Positions 41,714 through 50,821 of a stretch of DNA of 64,000 nucleotides are shown piece after piece. Within the stretch, counting starts at the first letter, position 1. Each line of letters opens with the position of its first letter. Origin of the DNA: an uncultured Pseudomonadota bacterium (GTDB taxonomy: Bacteria; Babelota; Babeliae; Babelales; UBA12411). The position numbers were made by a program, and so were the translations under genes. The notes beneath the pieces were generated by a model. That model was not told the DNA's origin. It did not search any database and worked only from the letters and a program-made list of their open reading frames with translations. Location of the stretch: assembly GCA_964491895.1 (NCBI GenBank), contig CAZBHK010000007.1, positions 258 through 64,257 of the forward strand, read 5' to 3'.

Positions 41714-44455
41714 ATGATTATTTTTGACTTTTTGATAAATGCAATACAATCAAAGGTGGTTCATGCCTATTTATCAATTTTTATTCAATTTGTATGTTTT
41801 GTTACTAAATTAGTCTTATTATATTACTTATATAGTAGGGAAAATCTTAAAAAAAGAGGTTTTTTGTTTTTAGTTATATTGCTTTTAACAGGAGCTTATA
41901 CGGATTTAGCTTATATTGTTAGAAGGTTTTATGGTTTTCCATTTTATTTTATTCCAGAGTTTATTAAAAATTTCATTTTGTGGCTTGTTAATATAGCTAC
42001 AGATATTCATTTTTATATTCTATTACTTTTTTTTAGAGATTTTTCATCAAGGCCTATTTATTCAAGATTTTTAAAAATTATTTTTCCTATAGCTGTGGCT
42101 TTTTTTGGATATTTTTTGTATAGAGCTTTTTATTTTTTTTGTACTCAGAATATAGAATATATAGATACTGATTGGATGATTGTAAAATGGCATACTATAT
42201 ATTATTTATCATTAGGCTTTATTGCGGTTTGGCTGTTATATCGTAATTATAAAATTGAGAAATTGAAGCTTTTAAAATATCATATATTAACTTTAGGAAT
42301 CTATTTTATGATTCCATATTTAATTGTTCGTATTTTAGATTCTCATTTTGTTTCTCCTACTGTTAATCTAAACACCGTTATTATTTTTTCTGTAATGTTA
42401 ACATTTATGTTGTACTATTGTTTAAAAAGACTTATGAATTTTCGTTTTTTAAATATACGTAAGCATGTAGAGGCTAGTGCATCAGAGAAGTTTGATTTTT
42501 TGGGCGATTTTATGAGTGTTATAAATAGTTTAGCTGTAGTTTCAAAGGCAGGCGAACTTATACCGATAACAAAAAAATTTTTTAATAAAGCTTTCCATAT
42601 TCCAGAAGATAAAGTTCATTTATTTTTACGTGGTTCATTAATAGATGAAGGTAAGGAATATTGTATTGAGCAAGATAGTTATAGAAAATTATTTATAGAT
42701 AAAACCTTCAGTTCAAATACAGAAAATATAGAGTTAGTAAATTATGTTTATCAAAACAAGATTCTTATTAAGGACGAGGAAGAATTTAGTTATTTTTATG
42801 AGGTAAGTAATCATCTTATTCCAGAAGTAAATTTTAAAAATGGTATTAATTTTTTACATAATATTAAGGCAGAGATTTTTGTTCCCATATACAAAGACAA
42901 AAAGATGATAGGTTCTATTGTTATAGATTTTAAATCTAGAGAAAATAAGTTGTTTACCAACGTAGAACGTGATGAAATGTTAATATATGCAGATTATTTG
43001 AGTAGTATTATCTATTTAATGACGCATGTAAGCTTGGATAAAGTTTTAGAAAATGAACGATTTGCTCAAAAAAGAGCTTATAGTAGTACTCAAAGACTTA
43101 CTATATTTAGAAAAACTCTTTCTAATTTTGTTGATACTAAGTCAAATAAAATTGGAATTCTTACTTATAAAAATAAAAAATTTAATTATATAAATCAGGA
43201 TGCAAAGGATTTATTAAGGATAGATCTTAATAAAGATAAGGGTCTTGATATTACCTCTAACATTGTTAAGGTGGTAACTGAAGCAGCTACTTTTTTTGTT
43301 CCGGCTAAAAAATTTGTTACTGGAATTAAAGGTGAATCATTTGTTATTTCTGCTTTTCCTAATTTGGAAAAAAATAATACAGTAGTTACAATTTCGAGTC
43401 CTAATATTGCAGATTTTATGCAAGAAAAAATTGTGAACCTTAAAGATCAATCTAAATGGGAATACGCCTTAGCTTTAATGACGACAGAGGAAGGTGCGCT
43501 TATTGAAAAATTAATACCAGCAGATACTCCAACCTTTCTAAATTGTAAAATTTCATTCTTAGAAAGTATTATTACAAGTAAAAATATTCTTTTGGAGATC
43601 TCGGTTGAAGAAGACGCATTAGCATTTGCCCATGTCGCACATAAATTAAATAGTAGATCTATATTTGAAGAGTTTATTGTTGATAGAATAATTGAACCCG
43701 AGGAATTAGGTCATAAATTATTCGGTATTAATCCTATCTTGAAAAACTTAGATGAAGATTATCACGGATTATTAGAAAAATTACATAAAAAAGGCACTTT
43801 GCTTATTCAAAATATTCATTTATTAAGCTTAGAATTACAGAAAAAGTTATTGGTCTTTATTTCAACAGGAAAGTTTAGTCGGATGAAGAGTGATGAGTTG
43901 ATGGAGTCTGATATTATTCTTATATGCTCAAGTAATCAAAATCTTTTAGATTTAGTTCAAAAAGGTTCATTGCTAAAGGATTTATATATAGAATTACGTA
44001 AAAATTCAGTGTGGCTACCCGCTCTTACAACTGTTTCAGAAGATGAATTTTTAATCTTAGCAGAGGGACTTAGAAAACAGATTGTTTTTTCCAAACTTTA
44101 TCAGAATCTTTTAACTTTTAATGAAGCAGATAAGCACAAACTTTTTATAAGCGGTTGTGTTTCTTTACATGAATTAAGAGCAAAGATTAAAAATATTATT
44201 ATTAAAAAAACTCAACGACATTCATTGAATAACAGTAATGTTATAGATCCTGCATATACGATCTCAGACTTGGATTTAGTTGAAGCAGCTAGATTAGGTA
44301 AGCATGCTCTCAAGAATCCTAAAACATTAAGTATGCTTATGACAAAATTTAAAAATTCTCAAAGTAAGGTTGCTTTATTTCTAGGTGTTAACAGATCTTC
44401 AGTAAGTAGGCGTTGTACTCAGTACGGTATAGATGATGTTTTAGAAGAAAAGTGA
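41714..44455 (+). CDS. Membrane-bound regulator with a degenerate sigma54-activator (NtrC-type AAA+) domain and a C-terminal Fis-type HTH
   Basis: About 7 N-terminal hydrophobic helices and a central GAF-like region (AEIFVPIYKDKKMIGSIVID). The AAA+ core aligns with bEBPs (GTLLIQNIHLLSLELQKKLLVFISTGKFSRMKSDE...IILICSSNQNL..LVQKGSLLKDLYIELR...VWLPAL). HTH is VALFLGVNRSSVSRRCTQYGI. Confidence 0.7.
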   Translation: MIIFDFLINAIQSKVVHAYLSIFIQFVCFVTKLVLLYYLYSRENLKKRGFLFLVILLLTGAYTDLAYIVRRFYGFPFYFIPEFIKNFILWLVNIATDIHFYILLLFFRDFSSRPIYSRFLKIIFPIAVAFFGYFLYRAFYFFCTQNIEYIDTDWMIVKWHTIYYLSLGFIAVWLLYRNYKIEKLKLLKYHILTLGIYFMIPYLIVRILDSHFVSPTVNLNTVIIFSVMLTFMLYYCLKRLMNFRFLNIRKHVEASASEKFDFLGDFMSVINSLAVVSKAGELIPITKKFFNKAFHIPEDKVHLFLRGSLIDEGKEYCIEQDSYRKLFIDKTFSSNTENIELVNYVYQNKILIKDEEEFSYFYEVSNHLIPEVNFKNGINFLHNIKAEIFVPIYKDKKMIGSIVIDFKSRENKLFTNVERDEMLIYADYLSSIIYLMTHVSLDKVLENERFAQKRAYSSTQRLTIFRKTLSNFVDTKSNKIGILTYKNKKFNYINQDAKDLLRIDLNKDKGLDITSNIVKVVTEAATFFVPAKKFVTGIKGESFVISAFPNLEKNNTVVTISSPNIADFMQEKIVNLKDQSKWEYALALMTTEEGALIEKLIPADTPTFLNCKISFLESIITSKNILLEISVEEDALAFAHVAHKLNSRSIFEEFIVDRIIEPEELGHKLFGINPILKNLDEDYHGLLEKLHKKGTLLIQNIHLLSLELQKKLLVFISTGKFSRMKSDELMESDIILICSSNQNLLDLVQKGSLLKDLYIELRKNSVWLPALTTVSEDEFLILAEGLRKQIVFSKLYQNLLTFNEADKHKLFISGCVSLHELRAKIKNIIIKKTQRHSLNNSNVIDPAYTISDLDLVEAARLGKHALKNPKTLSMLMTKFKNSQSKVALFLGVNRSSVSRRCTQYGIDDVLEEK

Positions 44456-44512
44456 ATAAATTATTTAGATTATTATTACTCCCTGATACAATCTTATTGA
44501 AGGAGAGTAATA

Positions 44513-45445
44513 ATGATAGATTTTGATCTTTTGAAAAAAAAACTTACTGAGTGGTTAAGTTTTATGGAAATTGAAAAGAATGTTTCTATTCATACCATTA
44601 AATCATATAAAAATGATAGTTCACAACTTGTTAATTTTTGGGATAAGATACATCAAGAGAAAGAGCCTTTAACTTTTGATAGAGTCGTAGAACGTTATGT
44701 TCTATCTCTTTTTTATAAAAAAATTTCTAAAGCTACATTGGCTAGAAAGCTATCTTGTCTGCGTTCATTTGCTCATTATTTACGTGGGCAGGGTATTAAT
44801 TTAAATATTAATGCTAAGTCTCCACGAATTGAACGTAAGTTACCTATCATATTATCTGTAGATGAAATTACATATCTTCTAGATCAGGTTAAGCCTAAAG
44901 ATTTATTTTCTAAGTATCCATACAGGGATAAGGCTCTATTTGAGCTATTGTATGCCACAGGCGCACGTTGTTCTGAGATTGTGAATATAAGAATAAAGGA
45001 CATAGATTTTATTAATAAGAATATTCGTGTTTTGGGTAAAGGTAGGCGGGATAGGTTTGTTCTTTTTGGTAATAAGTCTTCTGATGCTTTAGTGCAATAC
45101 ATAGAGAAAGAACGGCCATATCTAGCAAAGTTTAAAAATATAGAATATTTATTTTTAAACTGTAATGGAACTCAACTTACTTCAAGATCTGTACAACGAA
45201 TTTTTGAAATGTTTAGAAAGTTTTTAAAGATTGATAGAAAACTTACTCCACATAAATTACGTCATTCTTTTGCTACACATTTACTTAATCAAGGTGTAGA
45301 CCTTAGAATAATCAAAGAACTTTTAGGTCATAAAACTCTTGCTACGACAGAGATATACACACATGTTTCTTCTGCCGAGTTGGCAAAGATGTGTGATGAA
45401 AAACATCCACTTAGTACAAATGAGAATTTAAAAAAGTCTTCTTAA
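44513..45445 (+). CDS. XerC/XerD-family tyrosine site-specific recombinase
   Basis: SAM-like N-terminal domain, ATGARCSEI (catalytic Arg), HKLRHSFATHLL, LGH..L.TTEIYTHV (catalytic Tyr). Confidence 0.88.
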   Translation: MIDFDLLKKKLTEWLSFMEIEKNVSIHTIKSYKNDSSQLVNFWDKIHQEKEPLTFDRVVERYVLSLFYKKISKATLARKLSCLRSFAHYLRGQGINLNINAKSPRIERKLPIILSVDEITYLLDQVKPKDLFSKYPYRDKALFELLYATGARCSEIVNIRIKDIDFINKNIRVLGKGRRDRFVLFGNKSSDALVQYIEKERPYLAKFKNIEYLFLNCNGTQLTSRSVQRIFEMFRKFLKIDRKLTPHKLRHSFATHLLNQGVDLRIIKELLGHKTLATTEIYTHVSSAELAKMCDEKHPLSTNENLKKSS

Positions 45446-46269
45446 AAGAGTCGATTATTAAAAGGCGTGTATAATTCAATAGCCCGTTGTAAAGAGTTGT
45501 TTTTCCTAAGAGTCCACCAGTCTTTGATAAATTTATCCATGGTTGGATGAACTAAGGATAAATGTCCGTATTTTATATATAATTGATTCTGTGCCTTTTT
45601 TAGAATTTTTTTGGTTTGACTATCAGACATATTATTTTTCAGTTCTCTTTCTAATATAAAAAGAGCACAAAACATACCAGTTCTATCTACTCCAGCCTTA
45701 CAATTAGCCTTGATCGAAATCTCATTACCAAAATTATCCTTTGTTGAAGCATTTGGATCTAATACGTATTTGCATGGATTTTTTTCTAAATCATAACCAT
45801 TGTTAATAACTGCTTTAGGGTTATGTATAATAGCTAACATAATAAGCAGTTCATGCATAGGTGGAAGGCTATTTTCACTAGTTTTTGCACATACAAAAGT
45901 TGCTCCTGTTTCTTGAGCAGCTCTTTTTTGTTCTCTATACCAGCTTGCTTCTGGATGTATCCCTCGTAGCCCTATTACAATACGTATGTTTTTTGATCTG
46001 ATAAGATCTTTTTCTTGTTTATATGTTAGTTGTTTTGAACGGTAGAGATTATGGCCAGGAACTTTGTGAATATTATTTAGGAAAGTATTAAATATTTGAG
46101 TACTGCTGGTAATGCTGTTATCAAGAGCTTTATTGATAGGTTTAACAAAATTTCTATTTATAAGTTTTTTTGTCTTTTGTAAAATTCTAGATGGTTTTGG
46201 ATAAATGTTTTCATTTAGTCCAATTAGCATCATTATTATTGTAAGTGATCTTGCCAGCCTGTAATTCAT
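45442..46269 (-). CDS. Secreted CX5R (protein-tyrosine / dual-specificity / phosphoinositide-type) phosphatase-like protein
   Basis: Hydrophobic N-terminus LARSLTIIMMLIGL and a P-loop signature NCKAGVDRTGMF (C-x5-R-T). The stop overlaps the xer stop convergently by 4 nt. Confidence 0.6.
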   Translation of the reverse strand: MNYRLARSLTIIMMLIGLNENIYPKPSRILQKTKKLINRNFVKPINKALDNSITSSTQIFNTFLNNIHKVPGHNLYRSKQLTYKQEKDLIRSKNIRIVIGLRGIHPEASWYREQKRAAQETGATFVCAKTSENSLPPMHELLIMLAIIHNPKAVINNGYDLEKNPCKYVLDPNASTKDNFGNEISIKANCKAGVDRTGMFCALFILERELKNNMSDSQTKKILKKAQNQLYIKYGHLSLVHPTMDKFIKDWWTLRKNNSLQRAIELYTPFNNRLF

Positions 46270-46345
46270 TAAATATAAACCTCCAAGAAAATCCCTAAAT
46301 TATATACTTTTAAGTCTATAATGACTTGAATTTTTGGTCAAAAGG

Positions 46346-46768
46346 TTAGCTCTTTAAAGAATCTATTTCTTTTAATGTTTTTAAAAAATTTATAATAATG
46401 TTATATAGGAAAATGCCTTTGAATCTATTTGTTAAGATAATAGTCTTGGCCATTTTTGTATTTAGGCCTTTTTCATTGAGTTTTTCTATCAAGGCTATTG
46501 ATATACCATAAAGTATAGCTATAGCATCATTGCTGGTTTTAGAAATTGTTGCAAGATTTTGGAAGATTATAAAGACTGGCTTATCTAGATAAGTTTTTAA
46601 GTCATCATTATTTATTAGAAGGCTTTGTATAAAATAAACCCATTCTTCATTTTCGGCTTTTGAGATAAATATGCCAGGTTCGTTTGTTGGTGGTACTATT
46701 GTTGAAGCATTGATACTTTTAGAAAATAATATGATAGTTAATATTGAAATTTTAATTAAATTATTCAT
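46346..46768 (-). CDS. Small secreted protein, unknown function
   Basis: Signal peptide MNNLIKISILTIILFSKSINA. No recognisable motif. Confidence 0.45.
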   Translation of the reverse strand: MNNLIKISILTIILFSKSINASTIVPPTNEPGIFISKAENEEWVYFIQSLLINNDDLKTYLDKPVFIIFQNLATISKTSNDAIAILYGISIALIEKLNEKGLNTKMAKTIILTNRFKGIFLYNIIINFLKTLKEIDSLKS

Positions 46769-46877
46769 TGTTTATTCCTTTATATTAAATATGAAATTGC
46801 AATGTGCCTTATACGGTATTGTAATATTGATATTTATAGAATAATGATTATTCTTTTTATGAGGTCTTTTATTTTTC

Positions 46878-48578
46878 ATGAACAATAATTTTGAATTTTA
46901 TTATAATAAAAAAATTTTTAAAATTTTTCTTTTTTTTATTCTTTTTATTTTGATCATTATTATTAGATTATTTTATTTACAAATTTTTCAAAAAGATACT
47001 TTTTATTCTAAGGGTGAACGTAATTTTTTAAGAATGGAAATTTTAGAATCACCTAGAGGTAATGTACTTGATTGTAATGGTCATTTACTTGCTACTAATG
47101 GACCATTATTAGATCTTTATTGGGAAGGTAATAGTTTTCTTGATTTTGATGAAGAGTTAGCACATAAAATTTTATCAATTTTGAAGATTAATGAAACAAA
47201 ATTATTAGATCTACGTATAGCAGAACGATTTTCACGTAGAGTTATTGTTAAAGAGAATTTATCATTTGAAGAGTTATGTAGAATCAGTGAGCAGTGTTCA
47301 CATGCTGCAAAGTTGGTAGTAGTTAATCATTTTAAGCGAACTTATCCATATAATAATCTTGCATCGCATGTTTTGGGATATCTTGGCCGTCCAGAGAAAA
47401 GAAAGATGGTAGGTTGTTATGGTCTTGAAAAAATTTTACAAGAAACGTTGGAAGGTGAAAAAGGATATGTTTTACACGTTATAAATTCTACTGGTAAACG
47501 TTTAGAACAACGAGAATCTAAACAAGCTAAGTCTGGTGAAAATATAACTCTTACGTTGGATAGGGACATGCAATTAATAGCTGATTCTCTTTTCGACGAA
47601 AATCAAGCTGGTGTTTTTATAGTTATGGATCCTGAGGATGGAGCTATAAAGACGCTTGCTTCATATCCTAACTTTAATCCTAATTTTTTTGTAGAGGATG
47701 TTTTAGAAAAAGATTTTGAAGAGCTTTCTAGTAAGCGTAGTCCATTTCTAAATAGAGCGATTTCTGCTTTATATCCTCCTGCTTCAGTTTTTAAATTGAT
47801 TACTTATACAGCTGGACTTAGTGAAGGGATTATAAGTACAAATTCTGAATTCTATTGTGGTGGATTTACAACTTTCGGAGAAAGAAAATATAATTGTTTA
47901 AAGCATACAGGGCATGGTATTTTAGCTTGTAGGGATGCTATTGCTTATTCTTGTAATATTCCATGTTATGATATTGCAAAACAGATTAGTATAGATAAAG
48001 TAGCAGATTATGCAGCACGTTTTGGTTTAGGCATTAAAACTGGATTTATGATTGAGGATAAGAATGGTCTTGTGCCTTCATCTGTATGGAAACGACAGGT
48101 TAAGCATGAGCGCTGGCATAGGGGTGAGACTTTATCTGTCTGTATAGGACAAGGTTCTCTGCTTGTAACTCCTATGCAAATAGCTAGAATGATATCTAGT
48201 ATTTATACAGGTTATTTAGTGAAACCTAGAATTTTATTAGAAGAGCCAATTGAAAAGAAACCGTTACAGGTTTCAGGGCATTTTTTAACCTTTTTAAAAA
48301 GTGCTATGAAATCTGCTATAGAGATAGGTTCTGCAAGAAGATTAAAAACATTAAAAAATTTCTCTATATATGCAAAAACAGGAACAGCGCAAACAGCAAG
48401 TTTGAAAATGGAGCAATTAGAACATGGTTGGTTTACATGCTACTTTTCTTATAAAAATCAAAAGCCATTAGTGATTGTTTGTTTATTAGAACAGGTTGGA
48501 ACAGCATTGCCACCACTTTTAATGACAAAAAGATTTTTACAAGCGTATGCCTCCCTTAGAAGTGAAAATGAAAAATAA
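46878..48578 (+). CDS. mrdA: Penicillin-binding protein 2 (elongasome transpeptidase)
   Basis: N-terminal TM anchor, then SVFK (SxxK), YSCN (SxN) and KTGTAQ (KTG) motifs in order. Confidence 0.88.
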   Translation: MNNNFEFYYNKKIFKIFLFFILFILIIIIRLFYLQIFQKDTFYSKGERNFLRMEILESPRGNVLDCNGHLLATNGPLLDLYWEGNSFLDFDEELAHKILSILKINETKLLDLRIAERFSRRVIVKENLSFEELCRISEQCSHAAKLVVVNHFKRTYPYNNLASHVLGYLGRPEKRKMVGCYGLEKILQETLEGEKGYVLHVINSTGKRLEQRESKQAKSGENITLTLDRDMQLIADSLFDENQAGVFIVMDPEDGAIKTLASYPNFNPNFFVEDVLEKDFEELSSKRSPFLNRAISALYPPASVFKLITYTAGLSEGIISTNSEFYCGGFTTFGERKYNCLKHTGHGILACRDAIAYSCNIPCYDIAKQISIDKVADYAARFGLGIKTGFMIEDKNGLVPSSVWKRQVKHERWHRGETLSVCIGQGSLLVTPMQIARMISSIYTGYLVKPRILLEEPIEKKPLQVSGHFLTFLKSAMKSAIEIGSARRLKTLKNFSIYAKTGTAQTASLKMEQLEHGWFTCYFSYKNQKPLVIVCLLEQVGTALPPLLMTKRFLQAYASLRSENEK

Positions 48579-49056
48579 AGCAATTTTTTTAGATCGAGAT
48601 GGAACTCTTATAAAAGATGTTGGATATCTTTCTAAAATAGAACAAATTATACTTATTCCAGAGATGATTAAGGCTCTTAAGTTGTTGCAACCTAAATATG
48701 ATTTATTTGTTATTACAAATCAGTCAGGTGTTGCTAGGGGTTATTTTGATGAATCATTTGTTCAAAAAACGCATCTTATATTACAAAATCTTCTTCGTAG
48801 GGAGGGCATTAATATAAAAGCTTTTTATTATTGCCCTCATCATCCAGAATATGGCAGTATTGATTGTAATTGTAGAAAACCTAATCCCGGAATGATTTTG
48901 AAGGCAGCAGATGATTTTAATATTGATTTAGCTTCATCTGTTATAATAGGCGATAAAGACATAGATGTCTTAACTGGTATTAACGCAGGATGTAAAGGGT
49001 TTTTAGTTAAAGATTTTTTGGATAATATTATAGAAAAATTGGTAGAAAAGGATTGA
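48568..49056 (+). CDS. gmhB: D,D-heptose 1,7-bisphosphate phosphatase (HAD IIIA, GmhB-like)
   Basis: AIFLDRDGTLI, TNQSGVARGY, the Zn-loop C.HHP......C.CRKPNPGM, and GDKDIDV. ATG 48568 is preferred and overlaps the mrdA 3' end. Confidence 0.8.
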   Translation: MKNKAIFLDRDGTLIKDVGYLSKIEQIILIPEMIKALKLLQPKYDLFVITNQSGVARGYFDESFVQKTHLILQNLLRREGINIKAFYYCPHHPEYGSIDCNCRKPNPGMILKAADDFNIDLASSVIIGDKDIDVLTGINAGCKGFLVKDFLDNIIEKLVEKD

Positions 49057-50126
49057 TTGTGATAGAACAAGAAAAATTTCAAGGTAATATCTTGTTGTTT
49101 TATTCTTATGACATAGGTAATGATGTTGACTTTGATTTAATAAGAAAAAAAGGCTTAGTTAAAGAACGCCTAGTTGCTCTTTCTCCATATTTTAAAAATT
49201 ATAATATTCCATTTTCCTTCGAAATGCCTGAAAGTGAAGATGAATTAGGTACAGAGTGCATAGGTAGTAAAATTTATAGGTTTGGTGTTTTATCTTTTTG
49301 TTATAAAATTTCTTTTGAAGATAGTTTTGATGGTCTAAAGTCTTCATTAATTCAAGTTTATGATACATATAGAAAAAAAAGTGATATTAACGCTAAGTTT
49401 ATTTTTGATAAAATATTATCTTCCATAGAAAAACCAACCTTTTATCACATAAAAAATTCATACTTTGTTGTTAACGTTGTCCCTCCAAAATTTAAAATAA
49501 GTCCGAATGTTTTTAGAGAACGCTATGGCGATACTATCGCTTCTCTTTTACGTTTAGAGACAACTAGGCTCTCAGATTATCAACGCGAAGAGATTTTTTC
49601 TGCAACGACAGGTTACTCAGGAGAAGACTTTTTGATTATCGATAGCGAAGCCTCGTTTATGTATGACGATGACTATCAAGAACTCTTAGACTTTTTTGAA
49701 CTTGCTACTATTAAGCAACTACAACTTCAATATTTTGATCTCATTCTTGATAAGAAGTTAGAATATTTTTATTCACGGCCATATAATGTACCATTGCTTG
49801 CATATGTACCATTGCTTTCTGGTCGTACAGAATTGCCAGAACAGCAGTTAGCTCGTTTACGTGTTGATATATCTGTGATAACAGAACGTCTTGAATCTAG
49901 TATTAATCTTGCTGGTGATGCTTATTTCTCGCACGTATACTCAATGTTAGAAAAAAAATTATTCTTGCCAGAATGGAAACGTGCCATAGATGGTAAATTG
50001 GAGATTATTAGGGATCTTTATACTGTCTATCAACATAGGTTAGAGACTATACATGCAGAGATGCTAGAGGTTGTTATCATATTGTTGATTGCATTAGAAA
50101 TAATCTTAGCATTAGTAAAATCATAA
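49053..50126 (+). CDS. Conserved hypothetical protein with a single C-terminal TM helix (possibly DUF155/RMD1-like)
   Basis: Soluble ~320-aa domain followed by HAEMLEVVIILLIALEIILALV at the extreme C-terminus. The family assignment is from memory of the DUF155 architecture only. Confidence 0.45.
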   Translation: MIVIEQEKFQGNILLFYSYDIGNDVDFDLIRKKGLVKERLVALSPYFKNYNIPFSFEMPESEDELGTECIGSKIYRFGVLSFCYKISFEDSFDGLKSSLIQVYDTYRKKSDINAKFIFDKILSSIEKPTFYHIKNSYFVVNVVPPKFKISPNVFRERYGDTIASLLRLETTRLSDYQREEIFSATTGYSGEDFLIIDSEASFMYDDDYQELLDFFELATIKQLQLQYFDLILDKKLEYFYSRPYNVPLLAYVPLLSGRTELPEQQLARLRVDISVITERLESSINLAGDAYFSHVYSMLEKKLFLPEWKRAIDGKLEIIRDLYTVYQHRLETIHAEMLEVVIILLIALEIILALVKS

Positions 50127-50134
50127 GGCTTATA

Positions 50135-50479
50135 ATGTTATTAATTAATGATAAAATATCAGTAGAAGAACTTAGAAAAATGGCTTCAAGGATGTTTGGT
50201 CGTTTGGTAAAAGCTGTTGTTGATATTGATAAAGAAATTATGCTTGTTGATGCTGATTTGCATTCTGATGAAGAATTAGAACTTATAGAGCTAGGATCTA
50301 AGCAAAAAAGTTTGTGGGGTATTAATTTATATCCAGATATTTATGGACAGGAAAATTGGATAGAGTTTGATTCTATGATTAATCTTAGGCCATCTTGGAG
50401 TAATATGACTAGAGGTGTTGATGATCCTGCTATACAATCTCGTATAAGAATTATAGTTACAAGGTTGGTAAAATCATGA
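50135..50479 (+). CDS. Conserved hypothetical small protein
   Basis: Clean 114-aa ORF (..VDADLHSDEELELIELGSKQKSLWGINLYP...WIEFDSMINLRP). No function recognised. Confidence 0.5.
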   Translation: MLLINDKISVEELRKMASRMFGRLVKAVVDIDKEIMLVDADLHSDEELELIELGSKQKSLWGINLYPDIYGQENWIEFDSMINLRPSWSNMTRGVDDPAIQSRIRIIVTRLVKS

Positions 50480-50811
50480 TTATACATAAAGAACTTGCTG
50501 CAGGTAGATGGTTTGAGTTATCGCTTATTGAGCAGCTTGCAAATATAGGTAGTGATATTATTAGAACTATAGAGTGGAAAAAAAAGGGTGATCCTGAGAA
50601 AAGTTATCAGGCATTTGTACGTGCTCTTGAATTAATAGACCTAACCATTGCAGATCCTAAAAACAAAGGTCGGCTCAAAGAAGTAGTTCGTAGTAGGGAA
50701 GCCTTAGTGGATCATTTTGTTTATGATAATATATACAAAACTACTGATGAGATCTGGTATAATTATTTTTATCAATTTAATTATGCCGCAGCCATGCAAA
50801 GAGGGCGTTAA
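50476..50811 (+). CDS. Conserved hypothetical small protein, translationally coupled to the previous ORF
   Basis: ATGA start/stop overlap with 50135..50479. 111 aa (GRWFELSLIEQLANIGSDIIRTIEW..). Confidence 0.5.
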   Translation: MIIHKELAAGRWFELSLIEQLANIGSDIIRTIEWKKKGDPEKSYQAFVRALELIDLTIADPKNKGRLKEVVRSREALVDHFVYDNIYKTTDEIWYNYFYQFNYAAAMQRGR

Positions 50812-50821
50812 GCTTTTCTTT

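Noticed and set aside
44513-45445. Treating the Xer-like recombinase as the integrase of a mobile island.
   Set aside because: It has the full XerC/XerD housekeeping architecture and sits among core genes. No flanking direct repeats or tRNA were seen, and it is 7 kb from the tRNA-duplication island.
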